DNA of 64,000 nt, from the IMG/VR virus record IMGVR_UViG_3300027782_000027, positions 62,001-126,000 of that record. One strand, 5' to 3'. Positions 1 to 8,917 of this stretch are shown here, in pieces (position 1 is the first letter of the stretch; each line of letters starts with the position of its first letter). Made by a program: the position numbers and the translations under genes. The notes under the pieces are model-generated. The model searched no databases. It saw only the letters and a program-made list of their open reading frames with translations, and had not been told where the DNA came from.

Positions 1-480
1 TCGTCAACATCTATACCAACATCTACACCAACTCCAACACCTTCTATAACTCCAACACCTTCTATAACCCCTACTAATACTGTTACGCCAACAAATACAA
101 TTACTCCTACTAACACTCAAACACCAACTAATACTGTTACACCAACAAATACTCAAACACCAACTAATACTGTTACACCAACAAATACAATTACACCAAC
201 AAATACAATTACTCCAACTCAAACACCGACTAATACTGTTACACCAACAAATACTCAAACACCAACACCTACTCAAACTCCTACTAATACACCGACACCT
301 TCAATTACCCCAACTAAAACTGTAACTCCAACGGTAACTCAAACACCTACTAATACTATAACTCCAACACCTTCAATTACTCCAACTAAAACTGTAACTC
401 CAACGGTTACTCAAACACCAACTAATACCACAACTAAAACACCTACACCAACTACTACACCTACACCAACAAGATTACCA
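1..480 (+). repeat. Coding Thr-Pro (TPTxT) low-complexity repeat, including a ~72-nt duplication (about 289-357 and 361-429)
   Basis: Recurrent acaccaac/actccaac units; [20 protein letters not shown] occurs twice. Confidence 0.9.
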
Positions 481-1122
481 GCATTAGTTTATGATTTAGA
501 CGCCGCTTATTATTCCGCAATGCCAACTAATGGTTCTGTAGTTTCTGGAACAGGAGCCTATAGTGTTACAGTAACTAATGCAGGAAGTAGTATATCTTGG
601 AACAGTGCAAATGGTGGGGTATTTATTAAATCAAATAATGTTGGTACAGATGCGATATATGGTGGTCCAAACTATGTAACCAGTCAAAGTTACACAGTAT
701 TTATGGCCTATAAACTATCAGCAACATCTCTTGGAAGATTGTTAAACACTCAAAATGAAAGTATTAAGGATTGGTTGATGGGGGCATACAATGGTAATCC
801 AAATACTTTTTATCCAAACTTTAGTGTAAACTTACCATCATCAGGAGCTGATACAGTTTGGCATTTAGATTGGGCAACTTGGGATACGGGGACTAATACA
901 GGTACACTGTATACCTCAACAAATACCGCCCCAACTAATTTCTCATATTCTGCAACTAATGGTGGTGGAGGTGGATTTAACCAAATAAGATTGTTTAGTC
1001 GTTCATCAGGTAGTGAAGTACAAACAGCAAACATAGGATTTGTTAAAGTTTGGGATGGGGTATTATCATTATCCCAAATACAGGCTCAACACGCTTTATA
1101 CAAAACTAGATTTGGATATTAA
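1..1122 (+). CDS. 5'-truncated virion protein: long Thr/Pro repeat stalk plus C-terminal LamG/ConA-like domain
   Basis: Frame 1 is open from base 1 ([18 protein letters not shown]...) into the tracked 520..1122 ORF. The C-terminus has LamG-like features (YDLDAAYY, IGFVKVWDGVLSLSQI). Confidence 0.8.
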   Translation, partial: SSTSIPTSTPTPTPSITPTPSITPTNTVTPTNTITPTNTQTPTNTVTPTNTQTPTNTVTPTNTITPTNTITPTQTPTNTVTPTNTQTPTPTQTPTNTPTPSITPTKTVTPTVTQTPTNTITPTPSITPTKTVTPTVTQTPTNTTTKTPTPTTTPTPTRLPALVYDLDAAYYSAMPTNGSVVSGTGAYSVTVTNAGSSISWNSANGGVFIKSNNVGTDAIYGGPNYVTSQSYTVFMAYKLSATSLGRLLNTQNESIKDWLMGAYNGNPNTFYPNFSVNLPSSGADTVWHLDWATWDTGTNTGTLYTSTNTAPTNFSYSATNGGGGGFNQIRLFSRSSGSEVQTANIGFVKVWDGVLSLSQIQAQHALYKTRFGY

Positions 1123-1176
1123 AAACCATTCTATGTGTCCATCATGTTTTGATTAAACTTTAATTTAATTTAAAAG

Positions 1177-1183
1177 TATTTAT
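1177..1183 (+). promoter_or_regulatory. TATTTAT putative late promoter (portal)
   Basis: Motif ends 8 nt before ATG 1192. Confidence 0.65.
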
Positions 1184-1191
1184 ATTTTAGT

Positions 1192-3027
1192 ATGAGTGAA
1201 AATAAACTAACGGTATGGCAACGGTTATCCCAAACATTTGGACCCAATTCTCTTTTGGGGCAGGATTATCCTACGTACAAATATGATAAAAGTGAATTAT
1301 TAAAAACAACCTCTAAGTCTGAATATGATAGAGAAAAACTTCAGGCACAACAAACATATTATTTAGCTAACCAATGGGGTAGAATTGAAAATAATCTATA
1401 TACACAGGCGGTTTATTATGAACCAACTCGTTTATCATCTTTCTACGACTATGAGTCAATGGAATTTACCCCTGAAATTGGTGCCGCTCTTGACATATAC
1501 GCTGAAGAATCTACAACCATTGACCAAAATGGTTTTATGTTACAAATTTATTCTGAATCATCGAGAATTAAATCAATTCTTGGAGATTTGTTTAATAATG
1601 CTTTAGATATTAACACTAACTTACCTATGTGGATAAGAAACACATGTAAGTATGGTGATAATTTTGTATATCTTAAATTAGACCCTGAAAAAGGTATTAT
1701 AGGATGTATGCAATTACCAATCATTGAGATTGAACGATTGGAAGCGGGTATGGGAGCACACTCAACAGACTCAACAACTAATCCTGAAAAGAAACATTTG
1801 AAGTTCAAATGGAAACAAAAGGATTTAGAGTTTAATACTTGGGAAATTGCTCACTTTAGATTACTTGGTGATGATAGAAGACTTCCTTATGGAACTTCTA
1901 TGTTAGAAAAGGCTCGTCGTATTTGGAAACAATTATTGTTATCTGAAGATGCTATGTTAATCTACAGAACATCAAGAGCACCTGAAAGACGTGTATTTAA
2001 AGTATTTGTTGGAAACATGGATGATGCGGATGTTGAACCATATATCCAAAGATTTGCTAATAAGTTTAAGAGAAGTCAAACGGTAGACCATAAGACAGGT
2101 AATGTGGATATGAGATTTAATCAGATGGCTGTTGACCAAGATTATTTCGTTCCAGTTAGAGATACCGCACAAGCAAGTCCTATTGAGACATTGGCGGGAG
2201 CTCAAAACTTATCTGAAATTGCCGACATCGAGTATATCCAAAAGAAATTGTTAACGGCTCTTCGTGTTCCTAAAGCGTTTTTAGGATTTGAAGAAACTGT
2301 TGGTGATGGTAAGAACTTATCATTACAAGATATTCGTTTTGCAAGAACTATTAATAGAATTCAGAAAAATATGATTTCTGAATTAAATAAAATTGCAATC
2401 ATACACCTATTCATTTTAGGTTTTGAAGATGAGATATCAAACTTTAATTTAAGTTTAACAAATCCATCAACTCAAGCTGATTTGATGAAGATTGATGTAT
2501 GGAAAGAAAAAATTCTTCTATATAAAGATATGGTTGCTGACCCTGGTAGTGGTATTGCCGCAGTATCTATGTCATGGGCTAAGAAACATATTCTTGGATT
2601 TTCTGATGAAGAAATTAAACTTGATTTACAACAACAACGTATTGAAAGAGCTGTTGGTGAAGAACTTAAGAAAACTGCTGAGGTAATTACTCATACAGGA
2701 TTATTCGATAATCTTGATAAGTTGTATGGTAAAAAGGAAGGTGAACCTGCTGCTGCACCATCAGAAGGAGGGGCACCACCAGATGGTGGAATGAGTGATT
2801 TTGGAGGTGGTGAAAGTGCTCCACCTGAAGCTCCGGCCTCACCAGCTCCAGCACCACCTGAAGCCGCTCCAACAGTACCTGAAGGGTCGTATACCCGTAA
2901 TTCTGAACTTAATATAATATTAGAAAATACAGGAATGTTAAATGAAGATGAATTAATTGATTTAAATCGTGTTCAAGAATCTTTAGGGGAAATGGGTAAT
3001 CAATTAGATAAACTACTTAAAGGTTGA
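1192..3027 (+). CDS. Portal protein (T4 gp20-like)
   Basis: YESMEFTPEIGAALDIYAEES, EDAMLIYRTSRAPERRVFK and DIEYIQKKLLTALRVPK motifs; sits at the start of the head module. Confidence 0.93.
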   Translation: MSENKLTVWQRLSQTFGPNSLLGQDYPTYKYDKSELLKTTSKSEYDREKLQAQQTYYLANQWGRIENNLYTQAVYYEPTRLSSFYDYESMEFTPEIGAALDIYAEESTTIDQNGFMLQIYSESSRIKSILGDLFNNALDINTNLPMWIRNTCKYGDNFVYLKLDPEKGIIGCMQLPIIEIERLEAGMGAHSTDSTTNPEKKHLKFKWKQKDLEFNTWEIAHFRLLGDDRRLPYGTSMLEKARRIWKQLLLSEDAMLIYRTSRAPERRVFKVFVGNMDDADVEPYIQRFANKFKRSQTVDHKTGNVDMRFNQMAVDQDYFVPVRDTAQASPIETLAGAQNLSEIADIEYIQKKLLTALRVPKAFLGFEETVGDGKNLSLQDIRFARTINRIQKNMISELNKIAIIHLFILGFEDEISNFNLSLTNPSTQADLMKIDVWKEKILLYKDMVADPGSGIAAVSMSWAKKHILGFSDEEIKLDLQQQRIERAVGEELKKTAEVITHTGLFDNLDKLYGKKEGEPAAAPSEGGAPPDGGMSDFGGGESAPPEAPASPAPAPPEAAPTVPEGSYTRNSELNIILENTGMLNEDELIDLNRVQESLGEMGNQLDKLLKG

Positions 3028-3034
3028 TATTTAT
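3028..3034 (+). promoter_or_regulatory. TATTTAT putative late promoter
   Basis: In the intergenic gap before ATG 3051. Confidence 0.65.
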
Positions 3035-3050
3035 ATAAAAAAATATAAAC

Positions 3051-3761
3051 ATGAGATTCGGATTAATAAAAACATTAGTAGAAAATAAATTAATTGATTC
3101 CTTTGTTAAAGGAACTCTTAAAACTGATATGAGACTTTTTGAAAGAAAATTACTTAAAAATAGTGATTTTTGTAAATTAATGTCGATATATGATAATTTA
3201 AAAGAAAATAAAGAATTAGATAAAGAAACCGCAACTTATTTGGTTGATGATTTATCTAGTGAATTTAGACAAATTAAATTATCTGAGAATACAGTAAGTT
3301 TTATTAAAAGTTGGACTAAAGATATTGTTCTTGAAAACAAATACAAAACAATTGATGAGTTATTTTATGGTGACTTATTAAAACCTGAAAAGAAATCAAT
3401 TGCTAAAAAATCAATTGTTGAGTCTTTAGGTAAAAAACCAATAATTAAAGAAAGTAAAACTCAAAACGTCCCAATTAGTTCAATGTTAAAAGTTGCTAAT
3501 AAGACTGCTGAAAAATATTTAGAAAATTTAACTGAATCTGAAAGAAATTCTGTTAAAGAAATTTTAACTGCTGGTGATGAAAATTTAAAGACAAAATTTA
3601 CTGAATTAAAAGAAACAGCAATTAAAAAAATTGATACTCTTATTTCAGAATCAGATGAAGAATTAACTAAAGTTTTACTAGAAACAAAAGAAAGACTTAC
3701 AAATACAAAACATTCTAAAAAAGAATATATTAAATTAATGAATTTAACTCAAAATTTATAA
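3051..3761 (+). CDS. Hypothetical head-module protein (K/E-rich, helical)
   Basis: 236-aa ORF between portal and protease, with a late motif upstream. Confidence 0.75.
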   Translation: MRFGLIKTLVENKLIDSFVKGTLKTDMRLFERKLLKNSDFCKLMSIYDNLKENKELDKETATYLVDDLSSEFRQIKLSENTVSFIKSWTKDIVLENKYKTIDELFYGDLLKPEKKSIAKKSIVESLGKKPIIKESKTQNVPISSMLKVANKTAEKYLENLTESERNSVKEILTAGDENLKTKFTELKETAIKKIDTLISESDEELTKVLLETKERLTNTKHSKKEYIKLMNLTQNL

Positions 3762-3941
3762 TTCAGTATTTTTTGAATTTTTATAAATAGCATTATTTAA
3801 AATCTGACGTTTCATGTCAGATTTTTTTTTATACTCTTTCCTGTCTTGTAATTCTTTTATCATTTTAGTTTTTAAAACTTTTGATTTGAATTTTTTAAGG
3901 GATTTTTCTATATCCCCTTTATCAACTGTGATAATTAACAT
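3756..3941 (-). CDS. rpsU: Phage-encoded ribosomal protein bS21 (61 aa)
   Basis: MLIITVDKGDIEKSLKKFKSKVLKTKMIKELQDRKEYKKKSDMKRQILNNAIY matches the Bacteroidota bS21 pattern (MLII.V..G..I..ALK.FK.K...R..F.KPS..R...KA.Y). True start is ATG 3941, not 4040. Confidence 0.9.
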   Translation of the reverse strand: MLIITVDKGDIEKSLKKFKSKVLKTKMIKELQDRKEYKKKSDMKRQILNNAIYKNSKNTEL

Positions 3942-3945
3942 TTTT

Positions 3946-3974
3946 TTGACAACTATGCTTTTGTGTGTTATTAT
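3946..3974 (+). promoter_or_regulatory. Sigma70-type promoter TTGACA-N17-TATTAT
   Basis: -35 at 3946-3951 and -10 at 3969-3974, upstream of ATG 4012. Confidence 0.7.
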
Positions 3975-3980
3975 TAATGT

Positions 3981-3987
3981 ATAAATA
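3981..3987 (-). promoter_or_regulatory. TATTTAT putative late promoter for bS21
   Basis: ATAAATA on the plus strand, ~40 nt upstream of the rpsU start. Confidence 0.6.
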
Positions 3988-4011
3988 AACGAAGATATGA
4001 AAAGGTTGTAA

Positions 4012-4476
4012 ATGAAAAAAGGAAAAAGTTGCTCTATCAAAGGGTATAAAAAAATAAAATGTTCTTATGGGACTGTGGATTCTAAAAATTTTAAATCAAT
4101 ATACTTAAACATTCAATCTTGGGTTGAACCCAAATCTATTGAGGACTCTTGGATAAGACTTGTGTCTTACTTTAATAAACAAATAAAAAATACTATTGGG
4201 GATTATATTGATGTGGAATTTTTTTATGACAATTTTATAGTTGATTTAGACTTACGAACTTCAGGAATTGCATTAAAGAAAAGGTCTTTTATGAATCTTG
4301 AAATTACTTTTTTTATTAAAAAACCTATGGATTTTAAATCTCTTGAAATAAAAAATTCACTTAAAAAAATTGTTAGTTGTTTAGAATCTGATATTTTTAA
4401 CAAATCTAATCATTTTAGTTTTCATTTAAGTAAAAACGATAAAATCAAAAAAGAAAGTAAAATAGAATTTGTATAG
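4012..4476 (+). CDS. Hypothetical protein
   Basis: 154-aa ORF with its own sigma70-type promoter. Confidence 0.7.
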   Translation: MKKGKSCSIKGYKKIKCSYGTVDSKNFKSIYLNIQSWVEPKSIEDSWIRLVSYFNKQIKNTIGDYIDVEFFYDNFIVDLDLRTSGIALKKRSFMNLEITFFIKKPMDFKSLEIKNSLKKIVSCLESDIFNKSNHFSFHLSKNDKIKKESKIEFV

Positions 4477-4483
4477 TATTTAT
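4477..4483 (+). promoter_or_regulatory. TATTTAT putative late promoter (protease)
   Basis: In the gap before ATG 4499. Confidence 0.65.
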
Positions 4484-4498
4484 CTATAAAAAGGTAAA

Positions 4499-5218
4499 AT
4501 GCAAAATTACAAAATATTAGGTCCAAAAGAGACAGGAAAAGGTATTTTAATTGAGATGGACGCAGGTTATGTTTCTCCAACAGAAAAACATAATCAAACA
4601 TTCTTACAAGAAAGTAAGGATTTTAAAGATTATTCTAAACCATTTGAATTTTATGCCGTTCTACAAAAATATAATACACCGAATAGAAACGGTAGAATAT
4701 ATCCTGAAAGAATTTTAAAAAGAGAGTCCGAAAATTATATAAAGAATTATATCGGTAAAAAAACCTCTTTATCTGAACTTAACCACCCTGAATCTTCATT
4801 AATAGATTTAGATAGAGTATCACATATGATTACAGAGATGTGGTGGGATGGTAATGTTCTATTAGGTAAATTGTTACTTCTAACTTCACCAGGGTTCCAT
4901 GAAAGAGGTATCGTATCAACAAAGGGTGACCAAGCGGCAAACCTATTAAGACTAGGTGTGACGTTAGGTATATCATCAAGAGGGGTAGGTTCCTTAAAAA
5001 AAGTAGGTGAACAAAATGAAGTTCAGGATGATTTTGAATTAATTTGTTTTGACTTGGTGTCATCACCATCAACACCAGGAGCTTATTTATTTACTGAACC
5101 TGATGGAAGATTTGCGTTTGAGGAAAACCTAAAAGAAGAAAATGATATGAAAGCTGCAAGAACAGTTAACAAATCGCTTGATTTAATGGGAAGACTTACC
5201 GATTATTTAGGAAAATAA
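4499..5218 (+). CDS. Prohead maturation protease (T4 gp21-like)
   Basis: NRNGRIYP, ELNHPES, LGISSRGVGS and FDLVSSPSTPGA motifs. Confidence 0.93.
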   Translation: MQNYKILGPKETGKGILIEMDAGYVSPTEKHNQTFLQESKDFKDYSKPFEFYAVLQKYNTPNRNGRIYPERILKRESENYIKNYIGKKTSLSELNHPESSLIDLDRVSHMITEMWWDGNVLLGKLLLLTSPGFHERGIVSTKGDQAANLLRLGVTLGISSRGVGSLKKVGEQNEVQDDFELICFDLVSSPSTPGAYLFTEPDGRFAFEENLKEENDMKAARTVNKSLDLMGRLTDYLGK

Positions 5219-5224
5219 ATAATT

Positions 5225-5440
5225 ATGGAAATGGACGAAAAATACTTTGTGGCTAAAATACAATACGATTTGCCAGATGAGAACACAGGAAAAATTAAAA
5301 AAGTAAGAGAAGAAAAACTTGTAAGAGGTTATTCTGTTACCGATGTTGAAGCTAAAGTTACTGAAGCTTACAAATCATTTAGTTATGATTGGAGAATCAC
5401 TTCAGTAAGTGAAAGTAAAATTGACGAAGTGTTTGAATAA
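5225..5440 (+). CDS. Small conserved protein, DUF4494-like
   Basis: YFVAKIQY...GKIKKVREEKLVRGYSVTDVEAKVTE resembles the recalled Bacteroidota DUF4494 pattern. Confidence 0.5.
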   Translation: MEMDEKYFVAKIQYDLPDENTGKIKKVREEKLVRGYSVTDVEAKVTEAYKSFSYDWRITSVSESKIDEVFE

Positions 5441-5462
5441 TCACAAAGTTTAAAAAAAATTT

Positions 5463-5489
5463 AAAAGGGGACATTTTGTCCCTTTTTTT
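5463..5489 (+). terminator. Rho-independent terminator
   Basis: Stem GGGACA/TGTCCC followed by a T-tract. Confidence 0.8.
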
Positions 5490-5531
5490 ATGCCAATTAT
5501 ATTAAAAAACTATTTTTTTAGAATATCGATA

Positions 5532-5538
5532 TATTTAT
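5532..5538 (+). promoter_or_regulatory. TATTTAT putative late promoter (scaffold and capsid)
   Basis: Lies after the terminator and before ATG 5557. Confidence 0.7.
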
Positions 5539-5556
5539 CAATAAAATAACGCACAA

Positions 5557-6951
5557 ATGGCAGAAAAAAACTTAGTTGAAGAGGCATTAATCCAAATACA
5601 AAATTTGGAAGAAGCTATCAATGAAAACGCAAAAGAAATACTTCATTCTACAATGAAAGAAGAAATTAGCGAATTAGTAAAAGAGTCTATGAAAAATGAG
5701 GCTGAAGAAGAAGATGAATTTGAAATCGAAGACGAGATTGAATCAGATGATGAATCAGAAGAAGAAGATGAGTCTGAAGAAGACGAATCGGAAGAAGAAG
5801 ACGAAGATTCTGAGGAAGGATTCGATATGATGGATTTATCTGACGAAGGTGACGAAGATGAAAATGAATTTGATGTTCAAGATTTATCTGACGAACCGAT
5901 GTCGACAGTTCTTAAAGCATTCAAACAAATGAAACCAACTGATTCTTTTGAAATCAAGAAAGAAGGTGATTTTATTCATTTAAAAGATGAAGAAGATGAA
6001 TACCTTATTCAAAACGGTTCAGAAGACGATGAGTTTGGTGAATTTGGTGAATCTCAAGAAGAAGAAACTGAAGAAATGGTTTATGAAATCGAAATGGATT
6101 CACTTGAAGAAGAAGAAACTGAAGAAATGGTTTACGAAATCGAAATGGATTCTAACGACTTTTCATTTGATGATGATGAAGAAGAAGAAGAATCTAAAGA
6201 AGAAGATTTCTATATGGAAGAAGAAATGAATCCTGTTATGGAAACATTTAAAGCAAAATTAGGTAACGGAGCCGCTAAAGTAGGTAATGCTAAAACAGCA
6301 TCTACTTTTAAGAAAACAAAAGGTGGTTTTAACGAAAAGAAAAAAGCCGTTAATCCAACTGCTCACACAGGAAAACCTAAATTTGAATTTAAAGAAGGTG
6401 ATGTGTTTGAAATGCCAAGTCAACGTGCTGAGAAATTCACTAAGGAAGAAGCTAAAGAAGCTGCACGTACTTATGGATTCGGTTCTAAAAAAGGACGTGG
6501 TTTGAGAAAAGCAATTACACCTAACAGAAATCTTACTTTTGAAAACCATGAAATCATGGAAGAAGTTGAAATGTTGAGAGCTAAAAATGAAGAGTATAGA
6601 AAAGCTTTAAATATGTTTAGAGATAAACTTAATGAAGTTGCGATATTCAATTCTAATCTTGCTTACGCTACAAGATTGTTCACAGAACATTCTACATCAA
6701 AACAAGAAAAAATTAACATTTTAAGAAGATTTGATTCAGCGGAATCCCTTAAAGAGTCTAAAGCCCTTTATAAAAATATCAAAGACGAATTATATATTGA
6801 CAACAATAAGAAATTCGTTAATGAGTCAATCGAAAGAGTTATTGAAAAAACTCCACAGTCAGGTTCAGCAGTTAATCTGATTGAATCTAAGACTTACGAG
6901 AATCCACAATTCTTGAGAATGAAAGACATTATGTCAAAAATAATAAAATAA
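5557..6951 (+). CDS. Prohead scaffold/core protein (gp22-like)
   Basis: Very acidic centre and coiled-coil C-terminus (LNEVAIFNSNLAYATRLF), directly before the capsid gene. Confidence 0.8.
   Translation: MAEKNLVEEALIQIQNLEEAINENAKEILHSTMKEEISELVKESMKNEAEEEDEFEIEDEIESDDESEEEDESEEDESEEEDEDSEEGFDMMDLSDEGDEDENEFDVQDLSDEPMSTVLKAFKQMKPTDSFEIKKEGDFIHLKDEEDEYLIQNGSEDDEFGEFGESQEEETEEMVYEIEMDSLEEEETEEMVYEIEMDSNDFSFDDDEEEEESKEEDFYMEEEMNPVMETFKAKLGNGAAKVGNAKTASTFKKTKGGFNEKKKAVNPTAHTGKPKFEFKEGDVFEMPSQRAEKFTKEEAKEAARTYGFGSKKGRGLRKAITPNRNLTFENHEIMEEVEMLRAKNEEYRKALNMFRDKLNEVAIFNSNLAYATRLFTEHSTSKQEKINILRRFDSAESLKESKALYKNIKDELYIDNNKKFVNESIERVIEKTPQSGSAVNLIESKTYENPQFLRMKDIMSKIIK
6058..6152 (+). repeat. 44-bp direct repeat with 51-bp period (EEETEEMVYEIEMDS x2)
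   Basis: Copies at 6058-6101 and 6109-6152 differ by one synonymous base. Confidence 0.9.
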
Positions 6952-6977
6952 ACTTAAAAATAAAAAACCTATAAAAA

Positions 6978-8867
6978 ATGGGAGCATTATTAGAAAGTGG
7001 ATTAGTTGGTAACATTGGTCTTAAGCACTTGAAAGTTATCAAAGAAGACACAGTAAACAAATGGGACAAATTAGGGTTCCTTGAAGGTCTTAAAGGCCAC
7101 CTAAAAGAAAATGTAGCACAATTGTATGAAAACCAAGCGTCACATTTGATTAACGAAGCATCTTCTACGGCAGATTCAGGTTCATTCGAGACTGTGGTAT
7201 TCCCTATCATCAGACGTGTGTTCTCTAAATTATTGTCTAACGAAATCGTTTCTGTACAAGCTATGAACTTACCAATCGGTAAATTGTTCTACTTCGTACC
7301 ACAAATCCAAGGTTATTCTGGTGGTTCAGCTATTAACGGATTAAACGTTACTTCTGGTGACCACTACCCGCCTGTAGGTTCTCCTGGAAACTATCCTGGA
7401 AGTCCTGACGCAGGTTATGGTTCAGGAACAGGAAGTGCTAACAACCCAACTTACGCGAAAAACCTTTATGATTTATTCTACGAAGGAACTGAGCCAGGTC
7501 TTAACCCAGCAGGTTTATTTGATTATTCTAAAGGACGTTTTGTAACACTAACAGGTTCATGTCCAACAGTTGCTTGGTCTGACGGAGCGTTAATTCCTTC
7601 AGGTTATACTGTACAAGGTGGTTCTAACACTGAATTTAGAAAAATTATTGTAGCACTTTCAGGTTTAACTTCTGCAGGTAATGGTAAGTTAATTGGACCT
7701 GACGGACAAGAGCAGGATACTGAATCTTTCTTATCTGGATTGGTTCTTTATACTAATAACGCAACTGTTGCGTCTAACTTAGGTACTAATACATATACAC
7801 CACTTTTATACCGTGTTGTAACTCAAAAGTATGGTCAATCAATATACGGTCCGAACTATACTAGTACTCAGGCAACTTTTGGTAGTACTTTCGCAAGTAC
7901 AACTCAAGGTAACGGTGGTTACTATGATAACGTATGTAATACACAAGGTTATATCTATTTAGAGATTGACACTCAAGTTCCGGCATGTATTGCTTGTGGA
8001 CAGTCAACTCCTGATGGATATTCTGGAGCAACATTAACTGCTACACAATGGAGTGGTTCTTCTGCTAATACTAACATCCAAGCAGCTTGGAGACGTTACG
8101 AAGAGTTAGAATTTGAAGATAAAATTGGTGAAGTTTCTTTTGACCTTGAGTCAGTAACTGTATCTGTTACAGAAAGAAAATTAAGAGCACAATGGTCTCC
8201 AGAAATGGCACAAGACGTTGCAGCGTTCCACAACATCGATGCTGAAGCTGAATTAACAGCTTTATTATCTGAACAAGTGGCGGCTGAAATTGACCGTGAA
8301 ATCTTACGTGACTTACGTAAAGGTGCAGCGTGGACATTACGTTGGGATTACAACGGATGGAAGCGTCTGAACAACCAATCAACTCCTTACACTCAAAAGG
8401 ACTGGAACCAAACGTTGATTACTGCAATCAACCAAATTTCAGCTCAAATCCACAAGTCTACTTTAAGAGGTGGAGCTAACTGGATTGTTGTATCTTCTGA
8501 AATCAGTGCAATCTTTGATGACTTGGAATACTTCCACGTATCAAATGCGGCCCCTGAGCAGGACCAATTCAACATGGGTATCGAGAGAGTTGGTACATTA
8601 AGTGGTCGTTACCAAGTATACCGTGACCCATACTTCCCAGCTAACACTGTGTTGATTGGTCATAAAGGTACTTCTTTATTGGATACTGGTTACATCTACG
8701 CTCCATACGTACCGTTACAATTAACTCCAACAATGTATAACCCATTCAACTTTACTCCTATCAAGGGTATCATGACAAGATACGCGAAGAAGATGGTGAA
8801 CAATCGCTTCTATGGTCGTATCATCGTTGATGGTGTTCGTACATTCGATTTGAATGAATTAAGATAA
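6978..8867 (+). CDS. Major capsid protein (T4 gp23-like) with enlarged insertion domain
   Basis: VSVQAMNLPIGKLFY, TERKLRAQWSPEMAQD, IDAEAELTALLSEQVAAEIDREIL and GYIYAPYVPL motifs. Confidence 0.95.
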   Translation: MGALLESGLVGNIGLKHLKVIKEDTVNKWDKLGFLEGLKGHLKENVAQLYENQASHLINEASSTADSGSFETVVFPIIRRVFSKLLSNEIVSVQAMNLPIGKLFYFVPQIQGYSGGSAINGLNVTSGDHYPPVGSPGNYPGSPDAGYGSGTGSANNPTYAKNLYDLFYEGTEPGLNPAGLFDYSKGRFVTLTGSCPTVAWSDGALIPSGYTVQGGSNTEFRKIIVALSGLTSAGNGKLIGPDGQEQDTESFLSGLVLYTNNATVASNLGTNTYTPLLYRVVTQKYGQSIYGPNYTSTQATFGSTFASTTQGNGGYYDNVCNTQGYIYLEIDTQVPACIACGQSTPDGYSGATLTATQWSGSSANTNIQAAWRRYEELEFEDKIGEVSFDLESVTVSVTERKLRAQWSPEMAQDVAAFHNIDAEAELTALLSEQVAAEIDREILRDLRKGAAWTLRWDYNGWKRLNNQSTPYTQKDWNQTLITAINQISAQIHKSTLRGGANWIVVSSEISAIFDDLEYFHVSNAAPEQDQFNMGIERVGTLSGRYQVYRDPYFPANTVLIGHKGTSLLDTGYIYAPYVPLQLTPTMYNPFNFTPIKGIMTRYAKKMVNNRFYGRIIVDGVRTFDLNELR

Positions 8868-8886
8868 TCTTATCTTAATAGATAAT

Positions 8887-8917
8887 AAAAAAGGGACAAG
8901 AAATTGTCCCTTTTTTT
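8887..8917. terminator. Bidirectional Rho-independent terminator
   Basis: A-tract, GGGACAA-GAAA-TTGTCCC, T7, between convergent genes. Confidence 0.85.

Noticed and set aside
4-276. Cys/Trp-rich minus-strand ORF (also 40501..40698)
   Set aside because: It is the antisense shadow of Thr/Pro codon repeats (ACA/CCA read as TGT/TGG).
1-480. Possible CRISPR array
   Set aside because: Repeats are degenerate, in frame and codon-periodic, with no unique spacers.
1177-1184. Reading the motif as a T4 TATAAATA promoter on the opposite strand
   Set aside because: That orientation would point away from the adjacent gene in every listed case.
3756-3761. Convergent genes sharing TTATAA or TTAA stops (also 9946-9949 and 50684-50687)
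   Set aside because: This is common compaction in AT-rich phage genomes, with no evidence of function.
3942-4040. 94-aa long form of bS21
   Set aside because: The extension overlaps the next gene and promoter region; the bS21 pattern begins at MLII (3941).
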